Shown one piece after another: positions 50,369 through 62,561 of a DNA stretch of 64,000 nucleotides. Position 1 is the stretch's first letter, and each line of letters opens with the position of its first letter. This DNA is from Octopus sinensis. Lineage: Eukaryota. Position numbers and translations under genes: made by a program. The notes under the pieces were generated by a model. The model was given only the letters and a program-made list of their open reading frames with translations. It was not told the DNA's origin and ran no database searches. Location: NCBI RefSeq assembly GCF_006345805.1, contig NC_042997.1:197532001-197596000 (forward strand), given 5' to 3'.

Positions 50369-50534
50369 AAGCCGAAGACAGGTGGTGTACAAAACAAACA
50401 GATGTATTAGTATAACGCTCAGGAATAGAAAAAGTCTTTTACGTTTCGAGCCTCCGCTCTTCTACAGAAAGGGACACAGAAAAAACAAGGAGAGAAAAAA
50501 ATGTGTGTAGTGGCTAACGATCTATCATGGCGAC
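50030..50534. repeat. Inverted pair (167-bp arms) of Penelope-like ends carrying variant hammerhead cores
   Basis: Arms at 50030-50196 and 50368-50534 enclose (TA)n and an RTE tail. Confidence 0.85.
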
Positions 50535-50701
50535 TCTTAATTAAGATCCCTTTAAACTAGGAAAATTTTTTCATCAAACCAAGGATAGTCTAAGCCGGGC
50601 TGATGTCAAAAGGATTAAAGATTAAGAGCAGATATCTCTTCTAGCCTTAAAGAAAACAAAAAAGTTTTTTGCTTAGTTAAAAATGTTAATAATTTTGATA
50701 C

Positions 50702-50785
50702 CTTCTTGAATCTGTGCACTTTTGGGATCATATTCTTCTGCCAAACTTCTGCAGTGAATCACTCGTAAAAAGCTTCCGTTTTTAC
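50702..50785 (-). CDS. NAE1: NAE1 exon KNGSFLRVIHCRSLAEEYDPKSAQIQE
   Basis: Matches SNSAFLRVVRCRSLAEEY. Confidence 0.94.
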
Positions 50786-51442
50786 CTGAAACATTTACAG
50801 TGATAGGTTGGTCATTAAGGGTATTATAAAGATACTTATATTTGTTTGTCTAATTCAGAGAAGCAACATCAATAAGGCCAAATCCATCACAAATACATGT
50901 AATAATTCATCATCATCATCATCGTCCAACTTCTCAAGCACTACATAATGCTAAAGGTTCTGATCATTGCCTCCATGAGGCCCAGCACTCAAAACGTGCT
51001 TTTTATGTGCCACTCTCAGAGTGGTTGGCATTAGAAAGGGCATCCAGCCGTAGAAACTATGCCAGATCAAGATTGAGGCCTGGTGCAGCCGTCTGGTTCG
51101 CCAGTCCCCAGTCAAATCGTCCAACCCATGCTAGCATGGAAAGTGGACGTTAAACCATGATGATGATGATGATGAAAATTGATCCAACTACAGGCAGTGA
51201 CATTGCTGTTATTCTCCTGGTTGATAGGTAGTCTGCTGGCTGTGCACTTTTGAAAACATGTGGAATAAGATATTCCTTACTTGGAAAAAAATGTAAGGGT
51301 GAGTGACAGGAAAGGCCTCACTAATATGTTCATCTAATCCATGCAAGCACACAAAAATGGAAGTGGAAAACAAATGAAAGAAAAAATTATTTGCTGAGAG
51401 TCGAAGTAGACAGAGATGAGCAAAGTATTTTTAAATACTTAC

Positions 51443-51482
51443 AAAATAATTTTACATCTTGTTCAGTGATGCTGCAATATGG
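51443..51482 (-). CDS. NAE1: NAE1 40-nt exon PYCSITEQDVKLF
   Basis: Matches PESISEKELKLL; phases 0/1 link the flanking exons. Confidence 0.88.
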
Positions 51483-52390
51483 CTACAAAAGGAAAGAAAA
51501 AGATAAACATTTATTAAAGAGATTAAAAAAGAAGAAGTGTGGTTTAAATTCAACTGAAACAAAATGAAATCAAATGTTTTGCTCAAGGACATAAAACACT
51601 GCCTGACCTGAGAATTGAACCCACATCCTAATGACTGAAACCAACACCCAAACTATACCACATGCTTTCACTTGAAGAAGTTCACAAAACAAAAAGTATC
51701 GTATTTTAACGTGTATAAGGAGCCCCCTAATTTTTGGGGCTTAAAATTTGGAAAAAAGGTTTTGTAAGGGATCATAATACTATCCATGTATAAGAAACTC
51801 CCATATTTTTTTTAACCGAATTTTTGACAAAAAAGGGTTTCTTATACATATTAAAATATGGTAAATACAAAGTTCAAGTGTAATGTATGTTTAAACATAT
51901 AGGCACAGTCATGGTTGTGTAATAAGAAGCTTGCTTTTCAACCACATGGTTCCAGGTTCAATCTCACTGTGTGGCATCTTGGGCAAGTGTCTTCTACTAT
52001 AGCCTTGGGCCAACCAAAGCCTTGTGAGTGGATTTCAGAGACAGAAACTGAAAGAAGCTTGTCGTATATATATATATATATATATGTTTGTGTGTCAGTG
52101 TTTGTCCCCCCACCAAAAGTATCATATTTTAACATGTATAAGGAACCCTCTAATTTTTGGGGCTTAAAATTTGGAAAAAAGGTTTTGCAAGGGATCATAA
52201 TACTATCCATGTATAAGAAACTCCCATATTTTTTTAACTGAATTTTTGACAAAAAAGGGTTCCTTATACATGTTAAAATATGGTAAATATAAAGTTCAAG
52301 AGTGAAAAAGTAATATGACATTAACTCCAATACACAAGAAAAAACAAAACAAAACTAAGAAAAAAAACCCCTGAAAAAACTGATAATGAC

Positions 52391-52539
52391 CTTTCCAATT
52401 TTCTGCAGAATGTTCTGGACACGATGGAGGATATTAGTAACATCTTTATGTGCTTGCTCTCTGTAGATGTTCTGCAACTGAATATAACGGTTAGAATCTG
52501 CTGTCATATCAGGAATCGTACCTCTCAAAGGTAGAGCAC
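52391..52539 (-). CDS. NAE1: NAE1 exon ALPLRGTIPDMTADSNRYIQLQNIYREQA...KIGK
   Basis: LPxRGTIPDMxADS hallmark of NAE1. Confidence 0.96.
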
Positions 52540-53592
52540 CTGTAAAATAGAAATATCGACCAAATTCTCAAGTGAACAAATACAAAACAATGGTTTTATT
52601 AGATACATTATCATCATTGTCTAATGTCCATTTTTCATTTTCGATGCTGGCATGCATTGGGCAGTTTGACAGGAGCTACTGTGCTGCAGGACTGCACCAC
52701 GCCCCAATGTCTGTTTTGGTAAGGTTTCTACAGCTGGATGTCCTTTTTTAATGCCTTTGTACCTTAAAAATGAAAGGCACACTGGCCAATGTAGACTTGA
52801 TACACAATGCTTGGGAAAAAATGGGACAGGTGGTGGAAGGAAGAGTATATTTTAGAGGGAGAAGAGGTAGCTTTATGCCAGATGCTGGGAGTTAAAGTAT
52901 GATAGAGGGACAAGCAAATGTGTCTTGCTACAGAAAAGGTACATAGCTACCCTGCATTATAGAAGCGTGGTTGAGAACAGCTGGGAGGAAGATATGTGAT
53001 AAGTTGCTAGAGCAGACCCTCAAGGGGTAAGATATGATAGAGATGGTTGATTAGTAGGGGAGAGGAGTGAGATAGGGGTTATAAGAATGTGAGGAGAGAG
53101 TAAGAAATGGTTGTATATATATGTAGTAATATTGAGAAATCTATTATATAAAATCCGTCGTCTGTCTGTCTGTGTGTGTGTTTTCTAGGATCTCGGGCAT
53201 CTTCCATCCGATTGCGCTCAAATTTGATATGTAGATACCGATAGTATCAGGGCATGTATAAGTCTTGAAAACATTACAAAAATCGATTCCAGGTGAGAAT
53301 GCGATCGATAAAGCCGTGGGAACGTGCATTTGTAAAATCGTTTTTCTTGGAATTGAAAAAAAGTCTATCTTTATTTCTTCTTTTGCTGGTGTCTCAAATT
53401 TAGGTTAAATCAGTGTTTCTCAAAGGGGAGGTCTATGGGACGATCGGACAAGTTGTTTTGAGAAAATTTGGTTTAAATGTTTGACAACTCAGCACCGTCC
53501 ATTGGACGGGGGGGAAGGGGCATTTTGCTCATTATTTTATATATTGAAACTAATGTCAATAAGTAGTAATGGAGACAAAGGAACTGACTTAC

Positions 53593-53653
53593 TTTTGCCT
53601 TCGTTCTCAGTAAATTCTTTCATGGCGTGCAGCATGATCCAGAAGTTTTTGCT
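53593..53653 (-). CDS. NAE1: NAE1 exon SKNFWIMLHAMKEFTENEGK
   Basis: Matches SFWILARALKEFVAKEGQG; phase 1. Confidence 0.92.
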
Positions 53654-54320
53654 CTTCAAAATTGAAAAGAAACAAAATAAAGCACAAATAAAATATTTCT
53701 GAGATGCCTCTTAAAAAAAAATATATTTTCAACAAGTTTAAATTACTACAATGCTGTCATCACTCTGCCACCACCTCCACCATCTCCGGCATTATAACTT
53801 CTGGAGTGGATACTCTTCGACACTTAAAAGATTTTAGTGACCTAAGCACTTAAAAGATTTTAGTGACCCCATGTGTATGTAATTCAAAAAATAAACAATT
53901 ATAAACATAAAATTAATTTTATTTTTTAAAATGAAACAAAAATTAACAGTAAGATGGAAAATAATATTTATTTACCATCTTTATTTATATTTGAAAAGTT
54001 TTCTCCTATTTTATTAATTGCAAAGTCTTTGATCAGATCCTCCCCATGACACCATGAACACTTTGAAATTATATTTCCAATCATATAAACCACTTTGAAT
54101 ATTATTTTATTAAGTTTAAAGTGATTTCTTTTGTGCTGTAGACCATTTACCATTTCTGTGGCACCACCCCTTCTCTTAATACCTTAAGCATGAGCTTATT
54201 TTACTTAATGGTTAATCCAGTGCCACTTGGAACGTTTCTGATTATATGTCTGCTCCATCAGAGCTGACCAAGGGTTAAATAACTTTCTAAAATAAAAAAA
54301 AACAATAAAAATAATCTTAC

Positions 54321-54380
54321 ATCTGCATGCATCTGTGTGCAAGATGGATCGTTGAAAATCTTCTGTACAGTTTCAGGGAT
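54321..54380 (-). CDS. NAE1: NAE1 exon IPETVQKIFNDPSCTQMHAD
   Basis: Matches IPSSIEDIFNDDRC; CAG/GTAAGA. Confidence 0.9.
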
Positions 54381-54534
54381 CTGGCAAAGAACAAAAAAAA
54401 CATAAATAAGGGACAATGAAAAACATATACATAAGATATAATATAGGTGTTGGTGTGGCTGTGTGACTTAGAAGCTTGTTTCCCAACCATTTGGTCTTGG
54501 GTTCAGTCCTACAGTGTGGCATCTTTGGCAAATG

Positions 54535-54947
54535 GGATCTTTTCAGTTTGAACGGCAGTTTAAAAAAAATAATTTCTAGGTAACTAAACACTTTTAAACT
54601 TCGTATACTGGTAGAATGTGTTTATAAAACATCTTTTTCTCTTGGCTTTATTGAGAAAATTCTATAGTTTGTAAGATATTTGTTGTTTTTTTCTTCTTCA
54701 ATTTCTGCAATTTCAACCAATCAATGATGTCTATTGAGGTAAAAACATTCTGTGCCGTATGAATATGTCCTTTGTTTAAGAAACAGATTGAGTTTATTTA
54801 CATTTGTGAAGAAAAAAAGATACCCTTCCCCCCACCCTAACCCTAAAACAGATTGAAATGCAATAGATCGATACTAGGGTCATAATTATGGGTGACAATT
54901 TCATATGACACTGCTAGAAAAAACTGCCGTTCAAACCGAAAAGATTC
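54535..54947. mobile_element. Second copy of the same MITE, inserted in a SINE
   Basis: Perfect 8-bp TSD GGCAAATG on both sides. Confidence 0.88.
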
Positions 54948-56279
54948 GGCAAATGTCTCCTAGTATAGCCCTGGACCTAACAAAGTCTGTGAATGAATTT
55001 GGTAGACAGAAAGAGTCTTATACTATCATCATCATCTCTCTTTCTCCCTCACTGGGTAACCATGTATTTCCTCTATAGCAAGATACTTGTTTCTGCCTCT
55101 ATTTCTCTGTTACACTCTAACCGTCATCATCTGATACTGGATCACCTCTTCCAATGGCCCCTCTGCTATAGCAAGACATCTGTTTCTGCCTCTCTGTCAT
55201 ACTCTAACCTTTCATGCTCTGACATGAGTTCCCTCCTCAAATGCTCTGACTTCTCTCAAAATTCCTTGTCTTGTTACTTACTTGGTTACCCTGCCAGTGC
55301 TGGTGCCACGTAAAAAGTATCCAGCCCACACTGTAAATCATCATCGTTTAATGACTGCTTTCCATGCTAGCATGGGTTGGACGATTTTGACTGAGGGCTG
55401 GCGAACCAGATGGCTGCACCAGGCTCCAATCTTGATCTGGCAGAATTTCTACAGCCAGATGCCCTTCCTAACGCCAACCACTCCCAGAGTGTAGAGGGTG
55501 CTTTTTATGTGCCATCAGTTGGCAAAGTGGTTGGCATTTGGAAGGGCATCCAGCCGTAAAAATCCTGCCAAAACAGACTCAGTAGCCTGAAGTGGTCTCC
55601 TACATTTGAGGTGGTCCCTTACCCATGCATGCATAGAAGATGATGATGATATGTCTATGTAACACACATGTGATGGTTGTAAACGAGCATCATCATCACA
55701 CAAGCAATGTTGTTTGTTTCCAGTGTTTCATGAAAAGCAAGTCTAACTATGGTAAAATATTATCTTGCTTGGAAAGAGGTAAAGGTTGGTGACAGGAAAG
55801 GCATCCCAGCCATGCAAAATCTGCTTCAGTGAATTCCATTGGTCCATGCTAATAGGACAGATGGAATTCTTAGGCAGTTTAATAGGATCCAATGAGCTGG
55901 AGGACTGTGTTGTGTACCAATATTTGATTTGGTATGGTTTCATCGGCAGGGTGCCCTTCATAATGCCAGCCACTTTACAGAGAGAACAAGGTGACATGTT
56001 TTGTGGCACTGTCACTAGTAACAGAACCAAGTCACAAGAGATGACACCTCGACTGAGAAAGAATGCAATGTTGAGGGAGGTGGCTTTGTGTCAGGTGTCA
56101 GGGGGTTAAAGTATGACAGAAGGACAGGAATTGGCATCTTGCTGTACATGGCTCCTTCAATTAGAAAGGGATACAAGATGGTGGAAATGAGATGTTAGAG
56201 TGTATCCTCAAGGCACAAGAAGATGGGTAAGAGAAAGAAGAGGAACAGAAGATTGATGCTGGATGGATGAGTAGGTTTG

Positions 56280-56590
56280 TGAGGCCGACGCCAACGCTAC
56301 AGCCCCGTACTAGTCCGCTGCTTCGCGTGAAGATGTGTTCTGGCACCTGGCAGTGTGACGCCAAGTGTACGGCGACGTGGCAACACACAGCCCAACTGAT
56401 CCGGTCCTCGGAGCCAATCCTTCTTCCGAAGGTATGGATCCATTTTGCCGACTTCCCTTACCTACATTGGCGCTATCGACGAGAGGCTATACACCTTGGA
56501 GACCTGCTGCAGATGGTAGGTATGGATCAACTCGAGAGCTGCGAATCGTTACGGACACAAATTTTCCAGGGCTGCCGAGATGGGACAGAG
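56280..56590 (-). pseudogene. Dispersed 28S rRNA internal fragment
   Basis: The plus strand has GAGCCAATCCTT..CCGAAG, TTGCCGACTTCCCTTACCTACATT and CACCTTGGAGACCTGCTGC, the reverse complement of conserved LSU blocks. Confidence 0.9.
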
Positions 56591-57397
56591 GTGAATGCAG
56601 TGAATGGTTAACACAGGTGGATCTGTGGTCAATGATGAATCTCAGTTTGGGTGGGGAGGTAAACGAAAATAGGAATGGTTCAGGGAGGAGGAGGAGGAGG
56701 AGGTGATAAGTGGCATTACATAAAGGGTGGTGGTGGAAAGCAACAGTATAGTAAAATTATAATAAATGAGGAAAAAGATGTGAAGCGTTTGGGTGCGGAT
56801 AAGGGAGGGAAGCACAGTGGCAGAGATGGAGGTCAGAAGTATGTAGGGGTGTATATAGAGAGGGACGAATAAAAATAGGTGGGTGCAGAGGGTGATGATG
56901 GTCCATAATGAAGGGTTCAAAGAAAAGGGGTGTTCAATGGAAGATGAAGTGGTAAGGGATAATACTGAGAATGCAGTATAGGTTGAGAAGTGGAAGTGGT
57001 TCCAAGGAGAAGGGTAATTAATTAGCAGTACAAAGGTGGGGAGGAATGATTACAGCAGCTGAGTAAATAGTAGTGTAGTTAGGAGAATGATGGAGGGATG
57101 GGTATTAGGCAGATGAGTTGTGGGGAAGGCTTGACAGGGAGAGATTGGGTGCAGGGGTATAGAATTAAACAATATGCTTTTAGGACCCTATTTACTTTGT
57201 ACTTGGAGGCACTGTTATAAGTCATGGGCACTGCCTTTCTTACACTCTTTTTACTCGTTTCAGTCATTTGACTGTGGCCATGCTGGAGCACTGCCTTTAG
57301 TCGAGCAAATCAACCCCAGGACCTATTCTTTGTAAGTCTAGTACTTATTCTATCGGTCTCTTTTTGCTGAACCACTAAGTTACGGGGACAAACACAG

Positions 57398-57482
<85 letters not shown>

Positions 57483-57704
57483 TATACATATATATGACGG
57501 CTTCCTTTCAGTTTCTGTCTACCAAATCCACTCACAAGGTTTTGGTCAGCCCAAGGCTATAGTAGAAGACACTTGCCCAATGTGCCATGCAGTGGGACTG
57601 AACCCGGAACCATGTGGTTGGTAAGCAAGCTACTTACCACACAGTCATTAATAAAAAAAAAGAAAGAAAAAGTAATTCCATGCTGGCATTGGTTGAATGA
57701 GTTG

Positions 57705-57845
57705 TCACAGTCTGAATCTAGGGTCATGATCTTACTCATGATCGTAAGATTGCAGTTTCAATTCTTGACTGGGCGATGCATTGCGTTCTTGAGTAAAACA
57801 CTTCATTTCATGTTGCTCCAGTTCCACTCAGCTGGAAAAAAAGGA
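57705..57845 (+). mobile_element. Older tRNA-derived SINE, family C
   Basis: ..GATCGTAAGATTG..GTTTCAATTC..TTCTTGAGTAAAACACTTCATTTC; inverse copies near 19400-19570 and 51560-51670. Confidence 0.55.
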
Positions 57846-58274
57846 GGAACGTATATATGCCAGAGAAATCAGGGAGCCAGCCCTATGTTCCCTACAGAGT
57901 GATGTGGACTAACCAACCACACTCCTTGATGGGTCAGAGGCTCATGTCTCATATGTATAACTTTCAGCTCATTTTTTACTATTTGGTGCACTTCATGTCA
58001 TCATCCACTTCACAGACTGTACCAGAACAAAAGAGGTTGTCCTGTCCTCAACAAGACCAAGGGTTCGACTTGACCCCAGATTTACTCTGTTCACCAACCA
58101 CTTCACAGAATGTACTGGATGCATTGCATCATAGCACCAACACTAGTAAGGCTGCTTTGTACCTCACAGAGTTAGAGCCCCCATCCACTCTATCATGTAT
58201 TCAATCATTCAAGGTAAATAGAAGAGAGGGCAATGAAGCTACATCAATTCAAACATCATAATATATATACTCAC

Positions 58275-58366
58275 ATGAGTCCTCACTAAGGATGTGTTCA
58301 AGTTTTCAACTGCCTCATCAAAATTCTGCTCTTCTTCGGGATTTCCATTTTCATTTATTAAAACAC
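58275..58366 (-). CDS. NAE1: NAE1 exon VLINENGNPEEEQNFDEAVENLNTSLVRTH
   Basis: Matches [32 protein letters not shown]. Confidence 0.92.
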
Positions 58367-58384
58367 CTTTAAACCAAAACAATA

Positions 58385-58760
58385 TCTTTATATATAAAAG
58401 TCAAGTTGTGTGTCTGTCTCCTACGATTTAGATTCCTAACTACTCCCACATTTTGTGGTGCAGTTTAACCAAAACTGGGTATCTTATAGTTGTGATTCAT
58501 ATCGAGCCCTTCTGGGTATTAGCGCACGTCTACGATGAGTCTACGATTTAAAAAAAAATTTACCATAATTTTTTTCCATTTCAATGCATTTTTTCGCTAT
58601 TATATAAGGGAAGTAACTCTCTAAAAATATCTACGATAAGTCAACGATTTAAAAAAAAAATTACCATAATTTTTTTGCTATTTTTTGGCTATAACTCTCT
58701 AAAAATGCTTATATAGTTATTTCCCTTACAAACCCGAGCAACACCGGGCGATACTGCTAG
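58385..58760 (+). mobile_element. Non-autonomous Helitron
   Basis: A|TC..TATATATAAAA start, CCCGAGCAACACCGGG hairpin, CTAG|T end. Confidence 0.8.
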
Positions 58761-60329
58761 TATATTATAATGTAATCAACAAATGATTGTAGACAAAAAT
58801 TTAAAATGCACTAATTCTGTAGAGTGAATAAGCTTATGCATAAAACAAAAGTTCAAGGCCGAGTGATAGCTGACAGTTTTATCACCACAGCATAAAGCTG
58901 CAACAGAGGCCTATCTGAATGGTTGCCATCTGTATATATAAAAGGCAGGATGTGTGTGTGTGTGTGTGTGTGTGTGTACATCATCATCATTGTTTAACGT
59001 CCGTTTTCCGTGCTAGCATGGGTTGGACGGTTTGGCTGGGGTCTGGGAAGCCAGGAGGCTGCACCAGGCTCCAGTCTGATCTGGCAGTGTTTCTACAGCT
59101 GGATGCCCTTCCTAACACCAACCATTCCATGAGTATAGTGGGTGCTTTTTACGTGCCACCAGCGCAGGTGCCAGGGGAGGCTGGCAATGGCCACGATCGG
59201 TTGGTGCTTTTTACGTGCCACCGGCACGGAAGCCAGTCAAGGCGGGGCTGGCATCGGCCACATTCGGATGGTGCTTTTTACGTGTCACTGGCACGGGTAT
59301 CACAACTACAATTTCCATTTGATTTTGATGTTGATGTACTTGATTCAATAGGTCTCCTCAAGCACAGCAGGCCGCCCTGCAAACCAAGGTACTTTGGATG
59401 GGCTGGGGCTGCTATGTGAAGCTGGTGCAGGTAGACAAAAATTTTAAATGCACTACTTCTGTAGAGTGAATAAGCTTATGTATCAGACAAAAGTTCAAGG
59501 CCGAGTGATAGCTGACAGTTTTATCACCACAGCATAAAGCTGCAACAGAGGCCCATCTGAATGGTTGCCATTATTTATAAAGTAGCAAGGCAGTGAGCAG
59601 GCAAAATTGTTAGCATGCTGGATGAAATGCTTGCAGCATTTCGCCTGTCGGTATGTTCTGAGTTCAAATTCCTCCAAGGTCGACTTTGCCTTTCATCCTT
59701 TCGTGATCGATAAATTAAGTACCAATGAAGCAATGGGGTCGATGTAATCGACTAGGCCCCTCCCCCATAATTTCAGGCCTTGTGCCTATAGTAGAAAAGA
59801 TTATTTATAAAGTAGCTATACATGTTCTCTTTTATTTTCAATCTGAAGTCATTCTGTGAGGAAGGAACTGGTTTCTAACAAAGATTCAAAGCTCCATTAT
59901 TGTAATGTAGATAACAAAGACAGAATCACATTTTGAACTAGAGAAAAGTTTTACATATTTTAATTGTTCCACTTACAGATGTGTGAGTTTGTTGGTTGAT
60001 TTCTTTGTCTGGAGACCCCAGCTTATCCAGATCATCATTTAGACATTTATTCACAAAACCAAGAGCACTGATGGTATACATGTTAATTTATAATCTGGAT
60101 ACCTCGTCTGTGCTTGTGTTATGTAAAAAGCATTTGGTTCACTCTCCTGGGTGGTTGGTGTAAGGAAGGGCATCCAGTTTTAAAAACTGTGCCAAAACAG
60201 ACACAGAGGTCAGGTGCAGGCTTCTGTCTGGCTGGCTCCTGTCAAACCATTCCACTCATGCCAGCATAAAAGGTGGATGTTAAACGATGATGATATAGGA
60301 GTTGGAGGTTTTGGTGCAGATGGCCTTCT

Positions 60330-61010
60330 ACTTGGGATGGAGCCAGCCTACGTATGCATACCTTCCCTTCTTGGGACACAAAACTCTACTTGTGAAGACC
60401 TGTCGAGGCAACTGAGGATCAGAATCGAAATCGATCAATGGAAATTGCAGATGTGTTACCAGTGCCGGTGGCATGTCGATACTCTACTTGTGAAGACCCG
60501 TTGAGGCAAGTGAGGATCAGAAATGGAAATCGATCAATGGAAATTGCAGATGTGTTACCAGTGCCGGTGGCATGTCGAAACTCTACTTGTGAAGACCCGT
60601 TGAGGCAAGTGAGGATCAGAATGGAAATCGATCAATGGAAATTGCAGATGTGTTACCAGTGCTGGTGGCATGTAAGAGAACCTTCCGTTTCGCGACCGTT
60701 GCCAGCACCGCCCCGTTTCGTGTCCGTTGCCAGCCTCGCCTGGCCCTTGTGCCGGTGGCACATAAAAAGCACCATCCGTTCGTGGCCGTTTGCCAGCTCT
60801 GTCTGGCACCTGTGCGGGTGGCACGTAAAAAGCACCCACTACACTCACGGAGTGGTTGGCGTTAGGAAGGGCATCCAGCCGTAGAAACACTGCCAGATTT
60901 GACTGGGCCTGATGAAGCCTTCTGGCTTCACAGACCCCAGTAGAACCGTCCAACCCATGCTAGCATGGAAAATGGACGCTAAACGATGATGATGATGATG
61001 ATGATGATGT
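60330..61010 (+). mobile_element. RTE 3' end with three 98-99 bp tandem units
   Basis: ACTCTACTTGTGAAGACC units start at about 60383, 60481 and 60580; (GAT)n tail near 60985-61008. Confidence 0.85.
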
Positions 61011-61323
61011 CTACAGGTATCTTCTTTCTTTCTGAGTTTCGAAGAGATATTTACATCAGCAAGACAGCTGACCTGTATGATGATACATACTCTTTCTTAT
61101 CAGTTCCAACTCTCAAACAACTACATCCAGAATGCTAATTATCATCGTTTAACGTCCGCTTTCCATGCTAGCATGGGTTGGATGATTTGACTGAGGGCTG
61201 GCGAACCAGATGACGCAACCAGGCTTCAATCTTGATCTGGCAGAGTTTCTACTGCTTGATGCCCTTCCTAATGCCAGTTATATCGTTAATTAAACTTTGC
61301 CAATCAAATAAATTTTTACTTAC

Positions 61324-61387
61324 CATTTCTGATCGTTTCTTTCATAAGGGTTTTCTCTTTGTAATTTTTAGGTGGTTCGCCATTATG
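61324..61387 (-). CDS. NAE1: NAE1 exon HNGEPPKNYKEKTLMKETIRN
   Basis: Matches NGRIPKTYKEK; phase 1. Confidence 0.9.
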
Positions 61388-62279
61388 CTGAGGATAAAAG
61401 AATATTAATTTCAAAATTTTATTACAAATACATTAATCAATTGAAGCAGAAAAAAAAAAAACTCTTACCTTGTTGATACATTTCCTGAAATATATTTAAA
61501 TTTTTATACATGATAATATATTTAATCTTGAGCAAACAAGAAATTAATGATATGTTGAAGGTCTTTCATTGTTTTAATGTAACCTAGAACATATTTGTAG
61601 GCTTCTTTTTTAGCCAATACTGTGTTTCAATGATTGTAAACAATTTCTCTGTACAATATATAAGTTGATATAAAAAGAGGGAGCAACTGTATGTAGGTTT
61701 CAACTCCTTCCAGAGATTTTGTCTTCCTCCTCATCATCATCATCAGCCGCCGCCGTCGTCATCATTGTTTAATGCTAGCATGGGTTGGACGATTTGACTG
61801 TGGGCTGGTGAACCAGACTCCAATCTGATCTGGCAGCTTGTTGCTCTGGCAACGATCTCACTCGTTTGGTACTCTTAGCACTCCACTTGCACGGATGTCA
61901 GTTTTTGAATTTGATATCATTAACTCTCCAATCGTCCAACCCATGATAACATGTTTGGGCAGTAAGCTTCTTAACCATGTAGCCCTGCCTGTGTTTCTTG
62001 CGGCCATTATAATCAACATTGAAGTAACAGCAAGTGGATAACAAAAGGGGTTTAGCAAGGTGACAAGCTAGTTAGAAGTTATATAATTTTCTGAGCAAAA
62101 AAACTCCACCAAAAAAACTCAAGTAACTATTCCATGAAGATTCATCTTACACAACATATAGATAGGCTACATCTTATGCAACATGGGTTGCTATGGTTAC
62201 ATGAAGTAAATATGACAGAAAGCTATTTGTTACATGAGGATAACTGTTTGATAAGATAAATATTTTAAAACTTACTGAC

Positions 62280-62342
62280 CTCTTCTTTCCATTTCTGCAA
62301 ATATTTATATATGATGACCAACCAAGGTACATGACTGTGTTC
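62280..62342 (-). CDS. NAE1: NAE1 (APPBP1) exon EHSHVPWLVIIYKYLQKWKEE; upstream exons lie outside the window
   Basis: Matches human DHSHTPWIVIIAKYLAQW; CAG/GTCAGT. Confidence 0.9.
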
Positions 62343-62524
62343 CTGGCAAATAATGAAAATAATGAGTAGAGACGGCATGTTATTAACGAGATTGTGAATG
62401 GCAATGAAAGGACTTTGATAAACCCGAGTGACTGACTGACTAAATGATTAAGCAAACAACTGATCAGTCAATTGGTTGAATAGTTAATCGATTATCAAAT
62501 AAAAAATGAAGTGAAGTAGAACCA

Positions 62525-62560
<36 letters not shown>

Positions 62561-62561
<1 letters not shown>

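Noticed and set aside
50694-50701. Possible U12-type donor (GTATC)
   Set aside because: It reads GTATCAAA, not GTATCCTT.
54835-54846. Telomere-like CCCTAACCCTAA
   Set aside because: Only two units, inside a MITE body.
57857-58261. 134-aa plus-strand ORF
   Set aside because: No recognisable domain; antisense within an NAE1 intron; its length is compatible with chance.
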